Shown here: piece by piece, positions 10,936 through 23,083 of the stretch
How positions within the stretch are numbered: the first letter of the stretch is position 1
How the letters are laid out: every line of letters starts with the position of its first letter
Source: Chiloscyllium plagiosum
Lineage: Eukaryota
Length of the DNA stretch: 64,000 bases
NCBI RefSeq assembly: GCF_004010195.1
Contig: NC_057711.1
Location: 73,987,511 to 74,051,510 of the forward strand
Direction: 5' to 3'
Notes under the pieces: generated by a model
Databases searched by the model: none
What the model saw: only the letters and a program-made list of their open reading frames with translations
Told to the model about the DNA's origin: nothing
Position numbers and translations under genes: made by a program

Positions 10936-13900
10936 GTACCAACCTGCTTCTGCAGCAGAAGTTATGATGCCTCGTTTCTTAATGTCACCTGTAAACCTGA
11001 AGAGAATTACTTATATTGAAGCAATCATTCAATAGTCCTTTAATCCCAATGCACCGTCTCCTACCTCCCAAGTAATTTCCAGCCCTTATGCATGAATTTT
11101 AATTGTCTCTAGTGTGAAACATCACCAAATATCATCCGAAGACCATAGACAATCCCTTTTCACACCGTAACAGAAATGTCCTCCAAAAATATATGTCTCG
11201 CTTAATCAGATATGATGTACTCTTTACAAATCATGTTAACTTTCTGATCAGTCCAGACATGTTCCAGTGCTCAGTCAGCCTGTGTCTGATGTCATATGCC
11301 AGCACCGCCCTCACAATGAATGGAAATCTGTAGTCATCTTTTAAAGAATTAAATGACTTGCACAATTTTCCAAGCCAATGGTGCAATTCACATATCAAGA
11401 GAGCTTTAGAAATCTGTGACTAATGCATTTGCAATTGTCTCGCCTAAATCTTTTGATACTCAGAAAATACTTACAAAGACTTTGCTTTTTTAAAGAATAT
11501 TGCCCTTTGACATTTCTTATCTTCTTGGCATTTCTTTATTGACTTTTATAGTCAATTGGATTTTCCTTTTCTTGGATGCTGGATAACCCTTCTCCTGGAG
11601 TTTGAAATTGTAAACTATTCATTCACTAATCATAGTACTTCCACCACACAATGGAGTTTTGAAATGGAAACAAGTCTGTATCTGCTTTTGGGAATGGGGT
11701 TACGATTCACGATCTACCCATGCCCATGATAAGACAGGAAACATTTTGTGCAGCCTTTGTAGTTTCACGATTTCTGCATGTTTCCCAGTGTTGCTGGTTG
11801 GCTGCATACTTGACAGAGCACCTTACTGCTTCGTGTGGCAAGCATTTACATTAGATAAAGTAATCTGTCTGTCTTAGTCACTGAATCACAACAGGCTGCT
11901 GCTGAATGATTTTGTTACAATTGTACACCAGGGCATGAGATACAGTGCTGGAGGCAATAGTCATAGGCCTTAAAGACCATGCTTCTGAAAGGACTAGGAG
12001 ACACTCAAGGCAAATCCTTCAATGGGAAGAGAAGCAGATTTTGAAGGTGGTAAATGTCCTGACTGTTTCTGAAGACGTGACAATAGTGCCAAAGGAATTC
12101 TAATGATATTATGAGGATGTTCAAAGGCAACAAATGTATTTTCACATCATAGCTGCAAAGGACCACTTAGTATCCGGTGTTATTAAGACTGTCCAGGATG
12201 ACAACATGCTACTGCCATATCCATCTTATCAACTCCTTCCTTACCTTTATCCTGGTATCTAACATAATGTGCAAGTTGCAGATGATGTGACCACGAACCT
12301 TTTGCAGGTAGTTCTTCTATAGTCTGATGGTTGTACCCCACATTATAGAAAAGTGGCACTTTAGAAACAGCAATTAAAGTATTGGCAATGCAATTGCATT
12401 ACAGCCAACACACATTTTAAAAGTTTGCACTTTAGAAACACTATCCTCAATTCGTCAGTCATGTTATAGCAAATTTGCATTAATGAAATGCATGTTAAAG
12501 TAGAACAGCCTGTGCTTTGAAATCTATGTCCCTTTCTGATTGTATTCTTTCAGATACCCAAGCACTGGCACCTGGCCAGTAACAGTCAGGTGGAAAACAG
12601 AGAGTGTTCCTCACCAGTGAAGGAAAACAATCCTTGTTGGATTTGGCACTCATAACCACCAACTCCAATACTGACACTGTGCACACTTTCAACATTAGTA
12701 CAGAGCCTGGATTTGTGTGCAATATGTTGTAGGATATGTGATCTTTCCTTGCTGATTCCAAGTCATCTCAGGCATTACTCCTGGGTCAGATGAAGGGTTG
12801 GAAATGAATAGGGCCTCTTGAAGAAATGCTTCCTCTTTTTTCCTGCCCCAGATTTTGCCCTCCCTATATCTTCTGCTCCATTTGTTGGTCAAGAAGAATT
12901 GCAACCACAGCCTCAGACACTATTCAGTTAATCCCACATCCTCTCTGATTGGAAGCCCCCACTCTCCAAATATACAGCACAGTATTTCCACAAACTCGAC
13001 TTAAACAGAAGCAAGTCAAAAGGACCTCAGCAGAAAGTTAATATCTGTTTATGTAAATAACATCTTTCTGTGGCTAAATGCCTGTTACCTGTTGGAATGA
13101 TCAGAACATATATTCAGCAGATTGTTGTAAACAGTGGGCTGGACCTTCCCAGCCCCATGAATGGGGAGGGATTAGGAAATGAGAGAAGATGTAAATTGGG
13201 CTGGCTCCTCAACATATTTCCAGCAGAGCATTTAAAATTGAGAGTTGTGGAATGTCGCTTCATCACTGGTATGCATGGCCTATCATAGCTGGTTAAAAAT
13301 CACACAACACTAGGTTATAGTCCAGCAGGTTTAGCTGGAAGTACTAGGTTTTGGAGCTAGACATCCTGGCGTTTGGGAGACTTAGTAGCAGAATGGAGAC
13401 AGAGTTGCTGGATCAAGCAGCAAGAAGTTTGTTTTCTTTCTCGCAGCATTGTTTGTCATCTAGGAGGAATGAGAGTGGTTCAATCAGTCCCTTAAGTAAA
13501 CTTTCTGCAAGTAGTGGCCCCTGTTCACTACCCAGATCAGCAGATCCTGTCACCAAAACATACTTCTCTGGCCTATTTCAAACTCTAATGTTTACTTTCC
13601 TCAAAAATGTCATGCTCGAGACTCCATTCAAGCCCCTGTGATCTGTCTAAAGACAATCACCAGCTAAAGCTTTCAATTGCTGACCTTGACCTGGTGGTGG
13701 CTGGGAAACAATTGTGAGAAAATATTAATGAGATTCTACCAACATATTTGCTGGTTTTTCAGATACCGCCATTCTCCTGCAACTGTCCTCCCTGTGATGT
13801 CATTAATACTTGAAGAAAAAGATATAAAGCTAATACCTTTTTCTATTCACTTGAGGCATTACTAGCTGGCCAGCATTTATTGCTCGTCCCTATTTGCCCT

Positions 13901-14980
13901 TCAGAATCTGGTGGTGAGCTGCCTTCTTGAACCACTGCAGTCCATGTGCTGTAAGTAGACCTCCAAAGTCATCAGGGAGAGAATTGCATTGGGAGTGTAA
14001 GGAAAGATTGGGAACACTTCAACTTTTCAAATTAGAAAGGAATTAACTAAGGAATTATCTTACTAGAAGCTTATAAGAGAATAAATGACATGGAAAACGT
14101 TCATTCAGAACACTGCTTCAAAATTAACAATAAGAATCACAAGGGGCGAAGGTTTAAACAAGTAGTGGTAATGGTTAAAATAACCAGGAAGCTCTTCATT
14201 AGCAAAAACTGAGGTACTATTTGGAATGTACTTGCAAACAGCTCTATACAAAGAAAATACTTCCTCACAATGTTAGGTATAGCAAAGGGAGAGCAAAGGG
14301 TAATTGTGAATGGATAAATAAAGGTGGACTAAATGGCAATTATATATTGATAAGACAGAAAACTGGATTTTAATGTGATTGTTTCTGATTTGGAAAAGTT
14401 AATCAGTGGTAGGAGTATGTCCAGTGAGTGATCAAATTTTGCGACAATCTGAATGACTAGGCTGTATCATGACACCTCAAAATATAGTAATGATTTACTT
14501 CCATGATAATCTACATCAATTTATACAAAGAATAACTTTATATTCAAAATTGTGACCAGTGATTGAACAATGTAAGTATAGGAAGCACACAATGTGAGTA
14601 TAGGAAGATTAAATATTTAATATCCATTATCCATATTTTGACTGATGTTGTATTTGCTGCTGACGTATATGTTAGGCTATGCAGAAAGCTTAATATCAAA
14701 CTTACTGTTATTGTCACTCATTTTATCGTGTCCCTGTTAATGTTTCCTCTTGCAGCTACTGAGAAAGCAATAAGATGAAAATTGTTCAGTCAGTCGTTGG
14801 TAATCAGATTAACAAATGCAACATTAAATCACTGAACTATGAGCTTTACTTCCATGTTATATCAGGTCCTCAAAACCTGTTTTTCTTTCCCCACATCTCA
14901 GGATGAAACTAAGAGAAATGGTGACATCATTCCTAATTCAGTCAGTCACAAATTGTTAGAAAGAACCACGTCAAGATTAA

Positions 14981-15065
14981 AAATCACACAACACCAGGTT
15001 ATAGTCCAACAGTTGTGTGATTTTTTACCTTTGTACACCCCAGTTCAACACCGGCATCTCCAAAT
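14981..15065. mobile_element. Short fold-back insertion of a second repeat family with 14-bp TSD
   Basis: Internal inverted repeat aaaaatcacacaac/gttgtgtgattttt. The exact direct repeat cacgtcaagattaa occurs at 14967-14980 and 15066-15079. A related fragment lies at 13292-13357. Confidence 0.7.
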
Positions 15066-15981
15066 CACGTCAAGATTAATTTTTTTTTGTCAAAACCTTT
15101 TACTGTATCATCTAATTATTTTATTAACTATGTTTTAGAGCTTAATCTTAGTTTCCTATTCCTTCTGAAATAATAACAACAAAAATCGATTCCCATTTCT
15201 GTTTGTGTTGGAAGCAAGCAGAGTGTGGTGAAAGGAGCTTGCATTTGCAGAAGCATTTTTCATTCTGAATAAGCGACTGTACATATTAACCTTTGACAGC
15301 AATAGGAAAAATTTTAAATGCTTGGCATGATCCCTTATGTTCCACAGGCCGAGAAACATGAAAGCTAAAATGTTCAGAATTCACAAATTATCTTGTTTTG
15401 TTCACTAAAATGATTAATGCAGGCATATTTCTAAAATAAATATTGAGATGTTGAAAATTAATTCTCTTCTTTCTTTATTTAGAAACATGGGTGGAATTTA
15501 GTCCTGATGAAGGAGCAGGAAACAAAGCAGAAGGGGAATCTTAACTGGGTGACAGGCAAAAAATTCTGAGATGAATCTTAATTTGAAGTTGGTGATAAGC
15601 AGTTTCGAGGCAGAACAGAGTTCCTGACAGCAAGTGCCGTGAATCTATTTGTAATGCATTAGTATAATATGGACATTCAATAAAATTCAAGTTCACTAAA
15701 TTAAATGGTACCATTGCAATTTAGTAAGAAGTGAGCACAGGAAACATGCTTTCATGCTTTCACATTCACGACTGGTTAAAGCTGGCATGCAGTAAGGTAG
15801 TCATTGTGATAGATTTGAAATGAGAAGGACCTTTACCTTTCCTATTGGGAAAGCGACTGCGTAATAGAGAAGAGGTTGAGTTGCTTCTTTGAAATATCAA
15901 GTAAAGTCAGCTTTTGCCTGTCTGAGGGGGTGTGGGTCTTTATGGGTCTAAGGAAGAGGGTCCTGGTGGTTAAAGGAGAAT

Positions 15982-16092
15982 GAGTCATAGAGTCATAGAG
16001 ATGTACAGCATGGAAACAGACCCTTCGGTCCAACCCGTCCATGCCGACCAGATATCCCAACCCAATCTAGTCCAACCTGCCAGCGCCCAGCA
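15982..16092 (-). mobile_element. CR1 extreme 3' end fragment
   Basis: The (GAGTCATA)n tail and 3' UTR match the CR1 end at 37935. Confidence 0.85.
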
Positions 16093-16522
16093 CCTCTAAT
16101 CTGGAATCTGGTTTCCAGCATCTGCAGTCATTGTTTTTACCTACTCTCAGATGCTAGATCAATCTCCATTCTCTTCAGCTTGCTTATATTGCACCACTGG
16201 GATCATCTAGTGGCTCTGTGTCTTTTTCACTGGTTTCAACCAGTTTCATTACTAGTTACCTTAGAAACTGAATGAGTTTACCCTTTCAGTTTCACAATTT
16301 CAATTCTGATCTGTCTTAAAAAGTACAAATTTTGAAACACGAATTCCATCGCAATGCCATCAGATCGTTCCATGCAGCCTATGTGTGATGTCTCATTGGT
16401 GGCCACTAGCAGGTCTTTGAGGGAGTTCACCAATGCCATGTTTTAAAGGGTTTGTTTGTGAGATTTATCACAAATCCAAGAGCCAGGTAGTCAGACCTGC
16501 CTGCTTTGGGTACAATGGATGA

Positions 16523-16734
16523 TAGACTGCACAAATGTGATATCCTAAAAGCTGCCAGAAGCATTCATAAACTGAATTCAGAGTATACACAGAATTCAAC
16601 TTTTCTGCAACACTCCCTAGGACCTTACCATTAAGTGTATAAGTCCTGCTAGACTGCACAAATGTGATATCCTAAAAGCTGCCAGAAGCATTCATAAACT
16701 GAATTCAGAGTATACACAGAATTCAACTTTTCTG
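16523..16734 (+). repeat. Exact 85-bp direct duplication flanking a 42-bp internal CR1 RT fragment
   Basis: 16523-16607 is identical to 16650-16734. The spacer 16608-16649 matches CR1 sequence at 38621-38662. Confidence 0.9.
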
Positions 16735-17601
16735 TGGTCACCGAGAGTTAACCTTGCAGATGTGTGTTTAATTCCCAGGACTTCAGTCACATGGACAAGG
16801 TTACAGAAACTGCAGCTTCTCTCTTCAGACAAGATATAGTTGAGAGGAGATTTAATATAGGTCAAAATCATAAATTTGGTTAGAACAGATACAGAGAAAC
16901 TAGTCCCACTAGTGGAAGATTTAAGAAGGATACAGAGAGAAGTGATTGGTGAAAGAACAACAATGAATGAGGAAACTACTTTTTTTTTTACAGAAAATGG
17001 TTACAATCTGCACTGCATGAATGGTGTATCAGATGCAATTCAACTGTGTTTTATCAAAAAGAAAAACGCTTCCTTGCCTTATGCAGTTCACTTGAGCCAT
17101 CTGTACCAGGGAAGAACATACTTGATCTCATCCTTATCAATCTGCCAGCTGCAGATGCATCTGTCCATGATGGTATCAAGTGAGCACTGCACAGTCCTTA
17201 TGGAGATGAAGTCCCACCTTCACATTGAGAATAATCTCCATTGTGTTGTGTGTCACAATCATCGTGCTAAATTGGACAGACTTTGAACAGATCTAGCAAC
17301 TCAAGACTAGGTATCCATGAGGCGTTGTCGGCCATCAACAGCAGCAGAATTGTGCTCCAGCACAATATGTATTCCCAAGCTTGTTCCCCCACTCAACCAT
17401 TACCATCAAGCTAGGGCATTAACCTAGTCCAATAGAGAGTGCAGGAGGGTATACTCATGAGCAGCATCAGGCACACCTAAAAATGATGTGTCAACCTGGT
17501 GAAGCTACCAAACAGGACTAGGTGCATGCCAAACAACATAAACAGCGGAAAATGTGTTGCTGGAAAAGCGCAGCATGTTAGGCAGCATCCAAGGAACAGG
17601 A

Positions 17602-17636
17602 GAATCGACGTTTCGGGCATAAGCCCTTCTTCAGGG
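17602..17636 (-). ncRNA. Putative minimal hammerhead ribozyme, antisense copy in the same palindrome
   Basis: The reverse complement of 17607-17634 reads CTGAAGA-agggc-ttat-gccc-GAAA-cgtc. Confidence 0.5.
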
Positions 17637-17639
17637 CTT

Positions 17640-17676
17640 ATTCCTGAAGAAGGGCTTATGCCCGAAACGTCGATTC
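17640..17676 (+). ncRNA. Putative minimal type I hammerhead ribozyme (PLE-type)
   Basis: attc-CTGAAGA-a-gggc-ttat-gccc-GAAA-cgtc-gatt: conserved CUGANGA/GAAA core, 4-bp stem II, palindromic ACGT in place of stem III. Stem I is weak. Confidence 0.6.
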
Positions 17677-20600
17677 TCCTGTTCCTTGGATGCTGCCTGA
17701 CCTGCTGCGCTTTTCCAGCAACACATTTTCAGCTCTGATCTCCAGCATCTGCAGACCTCACTTTCTCCTCAAACAACATAAACAGCAAGGGATAGACAAA
17801 GTTAAGTGATCCCACAACTAATGGATTAGATCTAAACTCTGCACTCCTGCCTTATCCAGACGTTAATGGGGTGGACAATTAAACAGGTCACTGGAGGAGT
17901 AGAGTCTGCAAATACCCCATCCTCAATGAGGAAAGAGTCCAAAATATCAGTGTAAAAGATAAGCATTCACAGCAATCTTCAGCCAGAAGTTTTGGGCCTC
18001 TTCCAGTAGTCCTCAGCCTCATAGATAACAGTTTCAGCCAATTTGATTCACTCCATGTACTATCAAGAAATGGTTGGATACACTAGATACTGCAAAGACT
18101 ACAGCCCTTGTCAACATTCCAGCTTTGTGATTCAGAACATACTGCTCCCTAAGCCAAGCTGTTCAAGTACAGTTACAACACTGGTAACTACCCAACAATG
18201 TGGAAAATTTTCCAGATATGTCCTGTACTCAAATAGCAGGACAAATCCAACCCAACCAATTACTATTCCCCATCAGTCTACTCTCGATTATCAGTAAAGT
18301 GATGAAACTTGTCAAAAACAGAAGTATCAAGCAGCATCTGTTCAGCAATAATCTGCTCAGTGATACCCAGTTTGGGTTCCAAGAGGGCCACTCAGCTACT
18401 GACTTCATTACAGCCTTAGTAAAAACATGGACAAAACTTTTGAATTCCAAAACTCTTGAAATCAAAGCCACATTCAGCCGAATGTGGCATCAAGGAGCCC
18501 TAGCAAAACTGGAGTCAATGGGAATCGGAAGCAAACTCTCTGCTAGTTGGAGTCATAGCTGGCACATTGGAAGATGGTTGTGGTTGTTGGTGATCAGTCA
18601 CCTCAGTTCCAGGACATCTCTGCAGGAGTTCTTCAGGGTAGTGTCCTCAGCCAAACCATCTTCAGCTGCATCATCAACAATCTTCCCTCCATCATCAGAT
18701 CAGAATTGATGATATTCACTGCTGATTGCGCAATATTCAGTACTATTCATGAGTCCACAGATCCTGAAGCAGTCCTTTTAAAATGCAACAAGATCTGGAC
18801 AATATCCAGACTTGCACTGTAAAATGACAAGTAACATTTGCACTACATAGATGCCAGTCAATGACCATCTCCAGTAGGAGACACTCTAACCACAGCCCCT
18901 CGACATTCAATGGTGTTGTTCCCCACTATCAACATCCTTGACATTAGTGTTGACCAGAAACTCATCTGGACTCACCACATAAACACAATGGCTACAAGAA
19001 CAGGTCAGATACTAGGAATTCTGCAGTGAGCAACTCACTTCCTGACTCCCAAAGCCTGTTCATCATCTATGAGATCCAAGTCAGGAGCATGATGGAATAT
19101 TCCCCACTTGCCTGGATGAATGCAGTGCTAACAATACTCAAGAAGCTTGAAACCATCCAGGACAAAGCAGCTTGCTTGACTGGCACAACATTGATAGTCA
19201 TCCACTTCCTTCACCACTGCAGTGTGAACTATCTACTATCTGCATTGCAGTATTTCACCAAAAATCCTTAGATAGTCCCTTCTAAACCTATGACAATTTC
19301 CATCTAGAAGGTCAAGGGTAGCAGATACAAAGTCCATCTGCAAGTTCCCCTTCAAATCACCCCATCATCTTTCCTTCATTGTCACTGGATCAAAGTCATG
19401 AAATACCTAGGAGCATTGTGGGCCAACCTGCTTAAATCTGTGTTGACTGCAGTAGTTCAGGAACGCAGTCACCTTCTTAATGGCAGTTAGGACGAGCAAT
19501 AAATGCTGGTCTAGCCAGCTACATCCACATCCTACGATAGAATAAGAAAACAAAATCTCATATCAACAAACGCCTCTGGGTCATTGTAATTTCCTTGTGA
19601 CACAGTGTGGATCTGATAAGACCAATTATTAAGTTTGAGAGTGAAGCCTGGGAATTGTCTATCCATTTCCTGATGTACTTAGCTTGCTGGGTTTGGAAAG
19701 AAGCCAATCTTGAAGTGTCAAGCATAGAGCAGTCCTTGATCACAATATTTGTGTGGAACCAGAAGACATTCTCCTGGTGCCCTTGGCCCCATGACAGATC
19801 TTCAAAAAAATTATTGAGCCATTTCTTGAAAAGGCATCAATAAGTACCTTTTAGGACCTTTGGCTAACATGCTTAAAGCATAGTGCAAAGGAAGAGAGTC
19901 CACATCCACTGGTTTCTATTTGTACACCATCTGTCATCCAGTACAATTGCATGCACTGCTTACTCATTTACTTGACCTGCCTTGGGTATTGATTTCTGAT
20001 TGCTGATCTCCCATGCCATAATACTCTAGACAAGAAGCAGCCAGCTAGCAGATGAATTTTTTTTTTTCTCTATTTAGCCTTTTGCATCCCTTCACAATTG
20101 CACCATTGCACTTGCTGATATTGAATTGTATCTTGAATTGATTGACAGTCTTACTATAAATAAGAAGTATTCAGCTGCTTCTCTTCAACCTACATCACTT
20201 CACTAGAAGAGCATCATAGTTTGCCCACCCCTCCTATTTAATTGTTGTCTGCAAATATGGACATGATTCTTTCTATCTTAAAGGCTATGTAAGTAAAGTA
20301 TACAATGGAACTGCTGTAAATACCCTGAGAACAAATTCTTATCGGACATTCACTTTCAGCCATACTGAGAAAATACCCTTGCCTCTTTCTCTCCTTCCCT
20401 CCCTCCTGACTAATTTTTGTTCAAAAATTTGTAAAGCTCTAATTCTAAACTCTTTAATCTTCACAATGATCTCCTGTGTACCGCCTTGTTAATTGCTTTC
20501 TGAGAGACCTCAAATATGACAACTAGTGCATTTACCACACCTACCACATGTTAACTCAAAGAATGCTACTATATATGTCACACATGAACCACTTACTTAA

Positions 20601-23083
20601 ATCTGTGTTGGTTATTTCTGGTTATTCACTCCTTTACCTTTCATTTGATTTTATTTTTGCTTAATGCTAGCAGCTTCTTTATGTTCAACAATTTCCAATT
20701 TATAATTTCTCGCTGGGGTATTTCTTCATATTGTGCTTATAATTTTATGTACTTGCTTTGTACTCAATTTTTCAACTCTTGCATTTACTTCTTCGATTTC
20801 AAAATTCTAGATGAATTCTTCCTCTTGACATTTACTTTTGTTATCTAACTCCTTCCTTCCCAATTAAAAAGACTCATGAAATATCTAAGAATATTTCCAA
20901 TTAAATATTTTGCTACTTACATTGGTTGCTTTTTCAGTGTTGTAACATGTGAAAGGAACAAGAAATGAAAGTCTCTTCTCTCTAACTGTGATCATATTCT
21001 TACAGATACAACCACTGTGGTAGGTGCAGTAAAGTGAGCTTTAGTCCTTTCCTTTGTTTGTGTCATGTAATATTCATTTATCAGAAGATAAGATGACAGT
21101 GGCTAATGGGTCTTCTATTTCAGTTTCTAAAGAGGCAGATAACTTTAGTATGTTACAATGATTGTACTAGAAACATAGCTACTTACCAGTATGATGAAGC
21201 TTTAACTTTATCAGCATATGCTATGTGTGTTTTGTTATCATTGTTGGATGTTGTCGATTACAATTGGATTGACCCTATTATCTGCAGGGCATTTTTCATG
21301 AATGGCAGTTTTGTAGCAGTCTTGGCCGATGCTGAGATGTGTAAACAATTGTACCTCAAGAAGAGTGAAGGTTTCGATCTGCTAATAAATAAATCATCTT
21401 AATATAAGAAGGTTACTTTGCTCCAGACAAAATGTGTTTGGTTAAAACCCTGAAGGGTAAATTTGAAACTAGAAATGTCCCAGCTCAGTTTAATGAACAC
21501 TCAAGGAAGAGAAAATATGATTTATAAAACATGGTAATTGGAACCATATGCTAAATCAAATGTTCTGTTTGATAAAGAAAAAGGCATTTCTGACTGATGT
21601 TTGAGTACTTTAAATGATTGCTGTTGAGATAAATGGGATTTTGGTTTACCATGTTTCAAAGGATTTAAACTTGTGGTATATGTATATAGCTTTTTTTTTC
21701 TAGTTTATCTTCAGTTTATTTGTGTAATAAACCTCTGTTTTATAGTTGAAACAAAATACGAAGGAGTTCACTACGCTACAGTGAAAGGCCACCTTGTAAA
21801 AACCAAAAAACAACCTGTCCATCCATATTTCAGTTTGGTGTGACACAAGATTTGGATGGCCCAAAATGATGAAGCAAAAATCCTTTATTCATTCCAAAGG
21901 GAAAGGAAATTAAGGAAACTGCAGGATATATTTACACAATGTCCACGGACTGACTGTACAGGTGATATTGGGCTGAGGAATTCCTTTGTTTGTTCTCCCT
22001 TCCCATCAGCCCTCTCTCTGCCAAAGACACTTTCTGATCCAGTGAGAGTCTGTTTTGACTGCTCCAGCTGACCTCCCTCACCAATGCCAATTGCTGGTGG
22101 AGGTCATGGCAAACTGCTCAACTCCCTTGCAGTATGTCCTCCATTACCACTTGTTGTTGGAAGTCCTGCTACACACTTCCCTGCTTGAACCTGCTGTCTC
22201 AGCAACTACAACATAGCACACAGTGACTGTGTGCTAAGGGGATGTGAGATTATCAGGTTCAATTGCTCCATGATAGCTTGAGGGGTGATCTGGCTGTTGG
22301 CAGTGCCATACACCTTACAAAGCTATCGGAGGATCTTACTCTCTAAATTGTGTCTCTGACCCCTGCTCTTTCTGAAACCAATAGGGAAGACCAAAATGGA
22401 TGATGCAGTCACACACTAACATTTTGCAGGAGGAGGTTCAATGGCCTGGATGAACTTGATGAATACATCTGTGAGTACACAGCAACACACTCAGTGCCAG
22501 TCATACCGGGGTCAGGACTCTAAAATCCATCACCAGTACCTCTGGAGGTTTCTTGGTAACCAATGAGCCAATGTTGAAGTGAAGTTACTTCTGTCCTTCA
22601 GCCAGAGTACATGTTTCACAATTTCAACAGTACTCATCAATATGAGGATCCTGGCCCGGTGTTATTGCTTTTTAGTCAGGGTAGTCTTTTTCTTTCCATC
22701 TCTTGCTGCTCTGCTTGACCATGAACCACTACCGACACTTGACACTTCGGACTGTTGGGAAGGATGAGTTACTTCATTTCTCTTTCCTAGTCATGAAAGA
22801 GCTGATAGAGGCTTCTTCTTCTTGATCCTATTCCAGCACCTATTCTGTGCATGTTTGGACTCCCTCAGTGGCTGGCCCTGGGTTTGTGGAGTATTGGCAC
22901 TGTTCCCTAATGTCTGTATCAATTAGTTGAAGCTGCCTGAGCTCCTCTTTCAAAGATGTATGGCAAAGGTGAAACTATTCCTGTCTGTAGATCTCTGAAC
23001 CTGGTTTAAATATCACTCTTAAGCGCATCAATAGCACTCCACTGAATCCGAATCCCAATGTTGAATGCTGTCTTTGACTTGGT

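Larger units (their letters stand above)
17547..17769. mobile_element. Palindromic PLE-derived element with hammerhead cores on both strands and 17-bp TSD
   Basis: Near-perfect inverted repeat at ~17548-17730. TSD caaacaacataaacagc at 17530-17546 and 17770-17786. Confidence 0.9.
17085..19545 (+). mobile_element. Decayed non-LTR retrotransposon of a second CR1/L2-clade family (ORF2 RT to 3' end)
   Basis: PISLLSIISKVM, QFGFQEGHS, IKATFSRMWH.GAL.KL, GVLQGSVL, FTADC and RSMMEYSPLAW motifs. The 3' end reads gcaataaatgctggtctagccagc. Confidence 0.85.

Noticed and set aside
12246..12325. Possible minus-strand exon with GTAAGG donor and open frame
   Set aside because: Weak acceptor, no recognisable homology and no partner exons.
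15503..15520. CTGATGAaggagcag resembling a hammerhead start
   Set aside because: No complementary stem II before the downstream GAAA and no flanking repeat context.
16523..16734. Repeat-spacer-repeat resembling a CRISPR unit
   Set aside because: Only two 85-bp repeats, a CR1-derived spacer, vertebrate context and no cas genes.
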